Positions 1 through 11,571 of a DNA stretch of 64,000 bases are shown piece by piece (the first letter of the stretch is position 1; each line of letters opens with the position of its first letter). The stretch lies in contig CATNEN010000011.1 of the NCBI GenBank assembly GCA_950097015.1, positions 6,262,001 to 6,326,000 of the forward strand. Reading direction: 5' to 3'. The notes under the pieces were generated by a model that made no database searches, was not told the origin of the DNA, and saw nothing but the letters and a program-made list of their open reading frames with translations. Origin of the DNA: Macrostomum hystrix. Its lineage: Eukaryota; Animalia; Platyhelminthes. Both the position numbers and the translations under genes were made by a program.

Positions 1-2038
1 AGTGTTGGCGGACGAGCCTTCCGTGCGAATCTTGTCAGCAACCTGGATATATCATTATTTGGCAATTGCTTAAATCTCTTCTAGCAGTTTTTAATGATGA
101 AAAGCATTTAACACTCAACCGCTGTGACTCGCCTGTTTCGGTATCATCTGGTAGAGCAGCTCGTCCGATCGCTGCCTCTCCTGGTCGAGCTTCTTGAGCG
201 CCTCCTGGAACCGTTTGCTCTTCTCCTCCTGCTGCTGGAGGGCCAGTTTGAGTTCGGCCTGCTGCTGCTCACCAGCCAGGACCATGTCGCGAGAGGAGTC
301 ATGCATGCTCAAATCGTTGACAAACAGGCCAGCCTTCTGCATCGTGTCGACGTCCTGCAACTGCGGCGTGCCAAGGAACACGATGGCGTCCCAACCCTCC
401 ATGTACTTCATCTGGCCACGAAGGCGCAGAGCGCCAGAGATGGAACTCAAACTTTTCTTGTAGCTGTCCTGGTTTGTTGCTCCTGTAAAAAGACATGATG
501 AACGAATGTTAGGAGTAGTAATGTTTACCGATTAAAGCGCTGATTTCGGTCATAGTGACCACCTCCAGGCGTAGTCTTCAAATGGGCAAAGGCGATATAG
601 TAGGATGGTAGAAGTGGTGCGAATTTGAGTACCCATTTTTAGAGCTAACAAAGGTCCGTACTTTAAAATTGAGCTCACATTACGCATCAACGATTAGCTG
701 CTTGTCTGTAAATAAGCTACTCATTTAATCAGTAACTCATTCGAGAGAAACTCACCACTGCCCTTTCGCTTTTTCTCCTCCATTATAAGGCGAAGGGCTT
801 CGAGATCTTTTTCGTCCAGCTTCTGAATGGCCATGATCTCGAAGACATTGTTAGTGTGCAGCATCACCTTTGACGCAAGTTTTTACAGGACGAATATAAA
901 TTTATATTTTATTAAATAATCACGGATTACACCCAATTACGCCAGATGTGCTGCCGACAGCCGCAGCTATTGCGCGGCCAATCTGAAGACTGTGTACAGC
1001 TGTTCAGTCCATGGACTGTGGAGACGCCACACCCACCCACAAATTGTTTCAGTGGAGTCGGGAGTCGAACCCCCGACCATTAAGTCGTGAGTCCGACACT
1101 CTAACCACAAGGCTACAACCTCTCCAGCAAGCTACAACATTTAACAAAGTTTTATACTCAGAAACTTTTATCGGAATATTTACAGCGTCCCAGGTGAAGG
1201 GTATCATCGGACGGTTCAGCAGGAAGGCCTCGTTCACCATCTTTCCGACGATGTCTGGCAAAGCGTTCAGCATACCATCGCCAACGTCCACAATAATGAG
1301 GCCGCGGTTGAAGACGATGTTGAATGGGAAAACCTCGAAGAATACTTCGGAACGAACTGGAAATTCGTCTTGCAGTTTCTGAAATGCGACATTCAATTTA
1401 TTATCTGACGTTTATAAGAAGGTTTGAGGGACAAATTCGCGCATTTATTGTAGTCAACACTCCAAGATTCTAGCCTTAAATCCAAGATTGTTGAAGTGCA
1501 GTCGCATGATGCAGTTGGTCATCTCGGATGACTCCTCCAGGCTGATGATGGTGATGTTAATCTTTGTCTGGTAGAAGGTCTTGCCTATTTCAGTGATCAT
1601 GCCCTGAACGTATGGAGTGTAGCCCTGTCTGCGGGTTCGGTACTGCAGCGTTATGCCCGTGGAGCTCTCGTTCATGCAGAAGAACGACGGCGGTTTGAGC
1701 TTCTTGTAGCTCATGCGCAGGTACTCGTGAAGATTATCCAGCCCGTTGAGAAAGTCGCGAAGGTTGCGACCCAGAACACGAAGGATGCCGTCATAGCCAA
1801 ACTGCGATAGATAATTTACGAAGTACACTCCGTTGGCGTACGTCAGCGTGGTGGCATCGATGTTTAGATTCTTGGAGGCTGTTTCAACGATTCGCGGAAT
1901 AATCGTCTCACTGTAGACTTCATGCGTAGAGAAGCTCTTGACTTCCAAGTTGGCTTTGCGCACCAGAAAGTACCACATGTCCTCGCCATAGTTTTCCTTG
2001 ACAAAACTTCGAAGGCCTTCAAGTAGCAACCCGTACAT
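1..2038 (-). CDS. Atypical soluble guanylyl cyclase (Gyc88E-like): H-NOX, HNOB-A/PAS and coiled coil; catalytic domain lies beyond the left edge. Exons approx. 1475-2038, 1184-1378, 756-867, 133-482, <1-42
   Basis: H-NOX start MYGLLLE, FLNGLDNLHEYL (heme-ligating His), YRTRR heme motif, FEVFPFNIVF, LRLRGQM, DLSMHDSSRDMVL and LLYQMIPKQ|VADKIR; splice phases consistent except for an ambiguous exon 1 donor. Confidence 0.93.
935..1122 (-). mobile_element. tRNA-derived SINE family B copy (internally deleted) in sGC intron
   Basis: Reverse strand reads gaggttgtagccttgtggttagagtgtcggactcacgac...ggttcgactcc (A/B boxes); body and tail match copies at 15045 and 21333. Confidence 0.8.
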
Positions 2039-2724
2039 TGTTCAGGCCTTTTGACAGGTCTCAAAATATTAGTACTCACGGAGAGATGGGTTAGAATGCT
2101 TCGTTCTTACACTTTCAAAGGTGAAAGAAATTCTGTGTTTAAATGCATTCAGCCTCGTCACCATGACAACGAACTCGTTAGCCGCCACACAAGCAATCGT
2201 GTACCAATTATCCATTGCGATTGAATGTTCCAAGCACAACTGCCTCTTCACACTGAGTTGTATTTGGTAGTTAGAAACGTGAGCTAAAGATTTTACGCAA
2301 AGAGATCATTAATGATTGAAACAGTGAAACTTGCAAACAATGAATAGGAAATGAAAGAAGAACAACGGCTCTCATCATTAGCAACAATACACACAAGACA
2401 AGAAGCTACTTGTCACAGAGCATTTCTTGCGCCATCAAGACACCGGTGTCCAAACTAAGACGGATCGTTTTTTATTATTCTCTTTCTTTCTCCATTTCTC
2501 TCCCTCTCGTTTAACTCCATTGTAAGTAAAAATTACACATGTAGGCTCCTACTTCTCTCAAAAATGTTTCTCACCACAATTTAGTTTGCCTTTCCTAACT
2601 GTTGCTAGGAAACTATCAAAAAGTTTTGATAGAAGTCAAATATGTCAAATATTTGCCAAATATACTAAAAATGAAAATCTTGCTTGCTTGCTTGGTTGTA
2701 GATAAGGACACATTCAGCTTTCTA

Positions 2725-4069
2725 CGAGGTGCATTCAAAAAGTTCTTTTCGGTCCTTTGGCATTGTTTTGTAAATGACACACAGATCAAAATTTTTTCGA
2801 ATGCTGCAAGTTAAGTTTATGGCCTAAACCTTCCTGAGTTTTTAAGCCTTAGCTGGTGACTGTGTCTGAGCTACAAGCAATTTTTTAAGCTACCCTTCTA
2901 TTTCTTGGCCATGGCAGAATCTTTTTCAAAGCAAGACGTTCGGAGCTTGATGAAGTTCCAATTCCTGCAAGGAAAGAAACCTCCGGAGATGTTTAGAGAG
3001 CTTCAGCAAGTGTTTGGTGACAGTGCACCAACTGAACAGACTGTTCGAAAGTGGTTCCGGTTGTTCGCTGAAGGCAGAGAGAGCGTCGAGGACAACGAAC
3101 GCTCTGGAAGACCGATGACTGCCACCAACGAGACCGTGGTGAAGAAAGTGCAGGAGCTCCTGGATGATGATCGCAGACTGACTTGCGAAGAGCTGTCAGA
3201 AGATGTCGGAGTGTCAGTTGGCAGTGTGCACACCATTCTGACAGAGCGTCTCAACCTGCAGAAGAAATTCAGCAAGTGGGTGCCACACCTGCTGACAGGT
3301 GAGCAGACGATGCAACGTGCTCTGGCCGCCACCAACCACCTGCGCCGTTTCCAGCGAGAAGGAGAGAATTTTCTTTCGAGAATCGTTGCCGGAGATGAAA
3401 CATGGGTTTATAGCTGGGATCCGGAGACAAAGGCCCAGTCTGCTGAATGGCTTCCAGCCGATTCTCCAAGACCTCAGAAGGCCATCAGGAAGCAGGGTGC
3501 ATTGAAGATCATGCACGTCATGTTTTTTGATGTCCAGGGAATTCTGCTGAACTGGGCAGTCCCACATGGAACAACTGTGAATGGGGACTATTATAGATGG
3601 ATTCTGCAAGAGAAGCTGCGCCCGGCGATTCGAAAGAAGCGCCCTGGTTTGCTGGAGTCTGGTGTGATCTTGCTGCATGACAATGCGCCGGCTCATCGCA
3701 AGCACAATGTTGTCGAACTCCTGAGCGGTTGGGGCTGGGAAGTGCTGCAACATCCGCCCTACTCGCCCGATTTGTCACCCTGTGACTTCTTCCTATTCCC
3801 ATCTGTGAAGAAGCACCTTCGGGGCATTCGATTCGACAGCGTCGAGCACATCAAAGCTGCTTGCCAAGGTGCGGTGCGTGAAACGGACGCGAGAGGCGTG
3901 GGTACTGGAATCAGAGGTCTGGTGCATCGCTGGCAGAAGTGCAAGGACATTGGCGGTGAATATGTTGAGTGACCGAATGACATTGAATGACCTAAACATG
4001 TTTTCATTGTTCCATACGTTTTTGTTAATTTTTGCTGAGCACCGAAAAGAACTTTTTGAATGCACCTCG
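2725..4069 (+). mobile_element. Full-length mariner (DD34D) DNA transposon, 1345 bp
   Basis: Perfect 29-bp TIRs cgaggtgcattcaaaaagttcttttcggt (2725-2753) and its reverse complement (4041-4069); TA on both sides (2723-24, 4070-71). Confidence 0.98.
2911..3972 (+). CDS. Mariner transposase, intact, 353 aa
   Basis: HTH N-terminus, RSGRP, WVPHLL, VAGDETW, LLHDNAPAH, YSPDLSPCDF; 34 residues between the second and third Asp; no stops or frameshifts. Confidence 0.97.
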   Translation: MAESFSKQDVRSLMKFQFLQGKKPPEMFRELQQVFGDSAPTEQTVRKWFRLFAEGRESVEDNERSGRPMTATNETVVKKVQELLDDDRRLTCEELSEDVGVSVGSVHTILTERLNLQKKFSKWVPHLLTGEQTMQRALAATNHLRRFQREGENFLSRIVAGDETWVYSWDPETKAQSAEWLPADSPRPQKAIRKQGALKIMHVMFFDVQGILLNWAVPHGTTVNGDYYRWILQEKLRPAIRKKRPGLLESGVILLHDNAPAHRKHNVVELLSGWGWEVLQHPPYSPDLSPCDFFLFPSVKKHLRGIRFDSVEHIKAACQGAVRETDARGVGTGIRGLVHRWQKCKDIGGEYVE

Positions 4070-4149
4070 TAAATGTGTTTAACAGTTTTCTAAATGTGTC
4101 CAACAGTTTTTAACAGGAGATATTTGTTGCCTGCTTGGCCGGATAAAAT

Positions 4150-4360
4150 CACACATTGTTGTACATCTGCCCTGACTTTCTCATCTTCGGGCAGTGTGCA
4201 CTCTCACTGTGCCTTGGAGTTTGGCCTTCAATGGCGTAAATTGCACGACAAGCCCCCAAGCCTTCTTTCTGTCCGCAGTTGCGCTGCGACGACTACGGCC
4301 TCACTGCGGAATCGAGCTCAGGGACCTTGGTGCCAGGCCAGTGTCATAACCACTCTGCTA
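4150..4360 (-). mobile_element. tRNA-derived SINE family A copy (5' part)
   Basis: Reverse strand tagcagagtggttatgacactggcctggcaccaaggtccctgagctcgattcc; body matches 14685 and 53272. Confidence 0.8.
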
Positions 4361-4769
4361 TTGAACCCCTCATGAGCAGAACATCTTTCATATTTAACAG
4401 AGCTCTCGTAAAATCGTTACACTTAACTGACATAACAATAAAAATCAATGAGAAAACTAAAAAAACATTAAAAAAGTAAAGAACCGTTTGCCTGAAATTA
4501 TTTAGCCGCATCGTTTTTGCAGCCCACTTAGCCAGAAAGTTTACTTGCAATGTTTTTTTAAAAAGGACTGAAAAACTTTTCAATCTCTATATTGAGAAGG
4601 CGTGCCTACTGATATGCGAGGTTAAGCATGTAAAAAGGTATTGGTCGCTTGTTTTTTGCAGACTCAATAATGTCGGCAATCGTTAGAAATTAGAGTTAAA
4701 AATGAAAACCATTTTCCCAGTCGGAGACAGAACTCAATGCATGCAGTTAGATTTGATGCTTAGCAATGG

Positions 4770-7655
4770 CTAAGGCAGGCGTGTGGGCACATCGCGGCTT
4801 TCCTTCTCGTTCTGACTGAGAGTTTTCGACTCGTCCAGAATAAGTTTTGGCCTGCCAACACCGTATCGAAATGTCTGGCCGAAGACGCAGGCGTAGCGAA
4901 AGTCGATCTCTTGGCGCGTGAACAGCTTGATGTGCTGAGCCTCGTCCATGGCCTTCTTCATCATGTCCGACTTGCTGGAGTCCACTGCCTCCTCTTCGGC
5001 CTGAGTAACTTCCACCATTTTATCCGTCTGCCTGGCGAACATGATGATGGAACCGGCGCTGCCCATTGACGATGTGCAAGACATGCCCTCGCCGCCCTCA
5101 CCAGTCATGATGCGCATGGACATGAAGCGCTTTCGCTGCACCAGGAATTCGGCTATCTCGTCAATCGAGCACGGACGCTCATCGCACACTGAGTCTCTTC
5201 GACGCCAAAATTTCGGCGAGAACATGTCAGATAGCTGCGGAATGGAGTACAGTTTGGTGAGCAGCATTGGCGCCTTCTTCATCACTCGCATCACACTGCT
5301 TGATTGCAGGCCGGGCACACAGTTAGCTACACAGGTAAGTCCGAAGAAGGTGTCGTAGAAGCTGTAGCTGAGCAGCGGCTCAATGAACTGGCTGGAAGCT
5401 AGCACGTCGATCAAGATACGGCAGATTCGATCGATCACGTTGGCTGGAAAGTTTTTGATCATGCAGTTTTGCAGGATGCCAAATAGCAGCGAGATGCAGT
5501 TGAGAATGTCGAATCGATGGTACCAGCACACCATGTGCGGCTTGCAGGCAATGGCCGACCAGTTCTGTTCGCGCAGTACAACGAGTTTCGGTTTCTCACA
5601 ATCAACATCAAGCTCTTCAGGTACATGCATGTTGACAATCTCGTAGATCTGAAACAGCAACGGATCCTTGTGCCAGGATGCCTCAACGCAGCGCGGGTGA
5701 CAGCTAAAGTAGCGATTTCTCAAAAACGTCTCAAGCACAGTCAGAATCTGGCTCAGAGTTGTCAGGTACTCGTAATCATAATAGTATGTGTACATGAGGA
5801 ATCGTCGAGCGGCAGAGATGGCATGCGGAATGACTGGCCTGGCTGGCTTGTTCTCAAATACATTCACGTAGTCGCTAGGCATAGACGGCTCCTTGTCGTG
5901 CAGAAGCTTTCTACCGGCGTACATGCCGTAACTATTGGCGTCGTGATAGTTCTCCGGGGTGAGCTTTTTCAGTTCAAAGTATTCCAGCATCACCTGACCC
6001 ATCTCTTTGAGTTCGAAAAGTTTAAATTGTCCCGAGTGGGCAGAAATCATCTCCTGAGTGATGCGCGCCAGCTGCAGGTTTGGACGTCGTTTCAGTACAT
6101 TGCGACAGACGTCAACCCAGTCAAGGAACGGCGTGATGTACTGGTAGTAGCGACGTCTGTGGGTACATTCGGAGATGGGGCTTGCTTTCAGGTAACAGTG
6201 TACAGTTTTTAGTACACTTTCTTAGCGCCTCCTCCTAATTTGATAGGAAAAAATGAGATTTACTTTTCTGATCAAGTAAATCAATGACCGCAACAAAGAA
6301 TGAAATAATTTATATCTTTTAGTTACTGATCATAATTATAGGTATGATTAAATAATTTTTGCAGAAGGACTGCGGGCAATGGCACATCATTTGGTGACAC
6401 TAGACCCGCAGCCAGCGAGGAGGCAATTCTGCCCATTTCGCTGACTCCTGAGCACACACGCACACAGATACTGTACACAGGCACAAGCTCACACATCTGC
6501 CCTGACTTTCTACTACTTGTCAGGCAGTGTACACTTCACCTGTGCCTTGTGGAGGTTGGCCCTCAAGGATGTAAATTGCATGAATAGTCCAAAACGTTCT
6601 CTCCACGACTGCGCCTTACTGCAATACTAGAATATGGCATTTACCGGTACACGAGCTTGGAGGGATCGCCAGGACACCACTTGATTTCCAGCAGGTGAGG
6701 AATAGCTGCGTAAGCCTCTCGCTTTAAAATGATATAATCAAAGTGAAACACCAAAATGTCTCCAGTGGTAGCATCGTTAACAAATGCGGCATAGCTGTTC
6801 TGGCTGTAGTTGATCATCGGCTTGTGAAATTTCTTCTGTTTGGCAATGATCTTCAGCGCGTTGTAATGGCGAAGATAAATTGCTATGCCAAAAGAATTGA
6901 AGAACAGCTGAACCTTGGCTGAGGGTCAGAATCGGTGGTTGATGTTGTTTGCTTAATTCCAATCTATAATGATTTCCATGTTGCAAGCACTTCAAGACTT
7001 AACAAATCAATACTTTAAGACGTCCTTACGTCGGTATACTTACATCTCATGGATCTTTAATTCTTTGAAACCTACCTTTGATTTTATACCTAAACTGTAA
7101 TCCGGTTGCACCCTGATTGGGACTAGACTCCATTTATTCAATATTATTCGCGAACACCTTAGATATAATCTCATCTCGATTTTTATGATGCACGTTTTAC
7201 GCAAAAAAAGTATTGAACTTTCTAAGAAACAAAACAATGGAACTATAATCTCGGACAGTTCTCAAGCAGCACTCACAGTTAAACATTGGCCTCTCAATCA
7301 GGTTGTTCTTCAGATACCTAGACGGCTGATCCTGCAGCTGGTAATACTGCTCAGTCTCGAACATAATCCTGGTGCGGCCCTGTTTCAGTAACCTCATCAG
7401 CCTGAAGTCCGAGCTATCCCCGAGAACATTCAGTATCCACTTGGTGTTGCAGTGACTTGAGCTAAAGAACCCCTCGGGTACTCCGATAGCGTGGCTGTTA
7501 TCCCAGCCTTGTTGCATGATCCTCGGCAAGTTCACAAAAGCTTTCGGGTACTCGTCCTTGTCTTCGATATCTTTAGACTGCATATTTACGATTTCTTTGC
7601 TGCACTTCCACTCCGACTCCATGATCTGACCCATTGTGGAGTTTTTGTGGGCCAT
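4770..7655 (-). CDS. Orphan protein, about 699 aa, 3 exons (7277-7655, 6645-6918, 4770-6216); no recognised domain
   Basis: Three stop-free coding blocks; donors t|gtgagt (7276) and cg|gtaaat (6644); acceptor ctgaccctcag| (6919); third acceptor ambiguous (see findings). Confidence 0.7.
6350..6585 (-). mobile_element. SINE family A copy (3' part) in orphan gene intron 2
   Basis: Matches ...ctgcgggtctagtgtcaccaaatgatgtgccattgcccgcag tail and tgcctgac...gtcagggcag hairpin. Confidence 0.8.
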
Positions 7656-7939
7656 TTTTTTTCGATCACCGTAGCTAATTTCTCAGTGCTGCCAAAACCA
7701 AGCTATGAGTTGGAGTTTAATAATATTTTTTCGTCAAAGCTATCTGAAGTGTGCTTGCTTCGTATCATTTAGGCACTGTACTACTTACTTAATATTTGTT
7801 TAACGTTTAAAGAGCCACATTTCAGCGAGTTTATGGCCATAGACAGATTTTTTTAACTAGTGAAGTTAAGTTATTTGTATTTTGTACTTTGAGAAAATAA
7901 AACTCTTCACATTTTCATTCGGAAAGAATGAGAGTGAAA

Positions 7940-8439
7940 GAATGAAGCAGGCAGAGAGCGGAATGAAGCAGGCAGAGAGCGGAATGAAGCAGGCAGAGAG
8001 CGGAATGAAGCAGGCAGAGAGCGGAATGAAGCAGGCAGAGAGCGGAATGAAGCAGGCAGAGAGCGGAATGAAGCAGGCAGAGAGCGGAATGAAGCAGGCA
8101 GAGAGCGGAATGAAGCAGGCAGAGAGCGGAATGAAGCAGGCAGAGAGCGGAATGAAGCAGGCAGAGAGCGGAATGAAGCAGGCAGAGAGCGGAATGAAGC
8201 AGGCAGAGAGCGGAATGAAGCAGGCAGAGAGCGGAATGAAGCAGGCAGAGAGCGGAATAAAGCAGGCAGAGAGCGGAATGAAGCAGGCAGAGAGCGGAAT
8301 GAAGCAGGCAGAGAGCGGAATGAAGCAGGCAGAGAGCGGAATGAAGCAGGCAGAGAGCGGAATGAAGCAGGCAGAGAGCGGAATGAAGCAGGCAGAGAGC
8401 GGAATGAAGCAGGCAGAGAGCGGAATGAAGCAGGCAGAG
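7940..8439. repeat. 21-bp minisatellite (ggaatgaagcaggcagagagc) x about 24
   Basis: Nearly invariant tandem units; one atg>ata variant. Confidence 0.98.
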
Positions 8440-8730
8440 GCAGGAAATCACTAATTAACACCCTCATACCTCACAGAGTCGGAATGCGCACTGATTGGAA
8501 CCATGCAACATACTTCTACACAAAAAAACTTTTCTTTTAATTCAAGTGCTTTGTCACTTGATTAAAAACTTTCATTTTGAATACTCAAGAGTTCAGAATG
8601 GATGCGAAAAAACGCGAAGTGAAAAAACTGGAACGTGCAGTAGTTAAATCGTTTTTCTTATTTTTATGAAAAGTCTTCACTCTACAAGCTACAATGGTCA
8701 GTTACACGCAATTGTATATGAGTACTGGTC

Positions 8731-10390
8731 TCATTGGTGACTGCTCATCGACTGCATCAGTTTGTGCTCAATTGTGAGCAGTCTTCGCTCCATTAGTCGA
8801 GCGTTTCTAGCGGACGCCAGATTTGGGTCCCCGGGACCCACTGGAACTGAACTGCATTCAGCACTGCTGAACGAACCAGTGTCAGCTGTACTGTTCATTG
8901 CGTCCAGTTTAGCCTGAATCTCTGTCAGCTGTTTGACTTCCACGCTTCTTAACAGCGACAGCTCGTAGTCTGGACGGAGCTCGGTGTCTGCGCCGTCGTC
9001 AAGCAGTTCAGAGACGCGAGCCATCTGATCTGGAGTCATTGGGACTGCGGCGTCTGCGCGACTGGCTGCTAGCTGAAAATGGATAGGGCTGCGTTTGCTT
9101 CCTGGATGTTCCATGGTGAATCGTGCTTAGCTAAAGACCTGATTGGCTGGTAACCTGATTGCTTGATAATCTGATTGGCTTTTTTCGCCGGAACAAAAAG
9201 CCAATTCCAATCAGCTCACTAAAATGTTTCGCTGCACAAAGTCCTTTCCGTGAGTCAGGGCAGCCCTGGCAGCGGTTGCCAGTTCTTCGGTTTTGTTGGC
9301 TCGTCTGTTCCGTTGCGCCAGAATGCGAGGATTGCGTCGGCGCTTTCCTGCATCGTCGTCGCTTGCAGCGTCATCCTGATCGTCGTTAGAATCAACAGTT
9401 TCGTCTTCGAATGATGGGCATTCGGTCTGAAAGACCGGCTGCCGTGACTGCTCTGTGAATTCCGGACCCATGGCAGTTTGCAATGCTACAAAAAAGTGCA
9501 AGAATAGAAGTGATAAGGGACAGCTGACCGGGAAATAAAGGCAATGTACACCCTAAGCGGATTGTTGCTTAGTGGTGGAGTGAGGTGGGTGAATCCGGGT
9601 CGGGGGTAGGAAAATATGACAATGTACATCCTAAGCGGATTGATGCTCAGTGGGGGGGAGTGAGGTGGGTGAATCCAGGTCGGGGGAAGGAAAATATGAC
9701 AATGTACATCCTAAGCGGATTGATGCTCAGTGGGGGGGAGTGAGGTGGGTGAATCCGGGTCGGGGGTAGGAAGTTAGGCAATGTACATCCGAATTTATCT
9801 GAAGGGCAGCGTATGAGCAGCTTATGGGCTGCAAAGGAGCAGCAGATATGGGAGAAATGCAGTTCTAATGTGTGTTAGGTTTCGAACCTGCCGAAAATTG
9901 AAGTATAAATCTGCCACTGTCTCTACAAACCGTTTCTATCCGATCTGTTTAGCCTATCACTGTCCATCAGTGCAAGAAATTTGGCAGTATTATCAGCCGC
10001 TTCGCTGTGTCCTTGCCTATTCGAAGCTGCCGACAACTGGTCCAATTCGTGACGCAGACTGCGGTGGACATTCAAGAAAGTTTTAAAATTAAACGAATGC
10101 GATCTTCATGTAACAATGCGAACGGAGAGTTCTCACCGCATCTCGAGCACAGCTCTGTCGCGCTTCACTCGCCTCTCCCGGGCCTCAGCTTCCAGCAGCG
10201 CCGAGTCAAGTCGAGCCACCTCTTCTCTGGCGAGGTGATACTGGGCGTCCTGGTCAGCCCGGAGCAGGTTGGCCATGCCCGGTGGCAAGTCTGCTATAGC
10301 GGCGAATTTCACAGCTTCGCTACGCTGCTTGTAGGCGCCGCTACTCGATTCTGATTGGCTGGCTGATAATTTATGTTTATTCGAGTTCAT
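8731..10390 (-). CDS. FSIP1: Fibrous sheath-interacting protein 1 (FSIP1)-like; exons 10137-10390 (start uncertain), 9931-10058, 9220-9485, 8731-9072
   Basis: Phase-consistent splicing; VARLDSALLEAEARERRVKR..LEMRLRHEL, DFVQRNILLA..MT.DQMARVSELL, LTEIQAKL and RLLTIEHKL resemble remembered FSIP1 blocks. Confidence 0.65.
9540..9792. repeat. About 80-bp G-rich direct repeat x3 in FSIP1 intron
   Basis: Units caatgtacatcctaagcggattgatgctcagtg...ggtgggtgaatccgggtcgggggtaggaa. Confidence 0.9.
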
Positions 10391-11571
10391 CTGTGGGCTG
10401 CAAATTGGACAAAATGTAATAAAAAGAATTACAAATTTAATTCTTTTTAGTTTTTAATGCCATACTTTTATTATTATGAGAGTACTATTGGATTGCGAGT
10501 GTAATTAATAGTTTAATATTTAAAATTGAATATGAAAGTAAGAATCAAAAGTAACAGTTGTATAAGCACCTGCATTATTTCCTTTATTCTCAATGAAAAG
10601 TATTAATACTTAAAGCTGCAAGCTAAAAACTAATATTACAAAAATTCGAACAAATGATCTTGACATCAGACTTTGCTGTTTGACTATTGTAACTCTGTGA
10701 CCTGATATTATTAAAATATTCCTAAAAATAATATTCTAAAGTTCCAAATGTTTGCAAACAGCTCCTTTAGTTATTTATTAGCTGCATTGTAAATTTACAT
10801 AATGAAAAATTATTGTACATTGAAATCAACATAAAACGTAACCCTCAACAAGGCAGAGAAATATGAATAGATTATGTTCAGGATTCAAACTAATATTTCA
10901 AAACTAGCTTTGAAATATTCTCCATTTTGACTTCGAAGCAAATCAAATCAAATCAAATGATGATTGAATTTGCAAATGCGACGAAATGTTTAAATCTCTT
11001 TGAAGACTTAAATGCTTTGAAGACCAATAATTTTAAGACTTAAAGTCGTCTTTGCAGGGTTTGAAGAAAACCATTCGAAATCCACGATCTGCTTACATGG
11101 TAATGCTTATGGATTTTATTTATAAGCGAAAAAGCAAGGACCACTAGAAGAAGACCTAGTTCTTCTTCTTCTTCTAGCACTTGGTCCTCGCGAAAAAGTT
11201 TCCTGTTGAAAGTTGCAGACGCCAATCAATGGTAGCAGACAGCCGATATATAGTGAAATATTGAAGTTTATATAAAACTTTCTACAAAGCATTCTGGAGT
11301 AAAAACTGTTATTTTGCTTATTTATTTCATAAAAGGTTGGATTAAGTTTGTTAAGCTGGTTTTTCTTTAAGACAATAGCGTAATGCTATCGGGACAAATA
11401 AACCGAGAGTAAATGTTCAAAATTCTGTAAATTTCTAAACATTATCAGAATTTTTGTGCAAAAGTATTACATCTGTATATACAGTTTAGGCAAGCATTAT
11501 TTTTTCACACTTTTGATTTTTTACCTGCTTGCGAACCACTTTTTTAAACCATTTTAAGCACGACTGTCAAT

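Noticed and set aside
6222-6224. Nuclear TAA reassignment as explanation of the orphan's in-frame stop
   Set aside because: TAA is used as an apparent true stop in other genes in this window (for example the membrane ORF at 37633-37635); an alternative acceptor is simpler.
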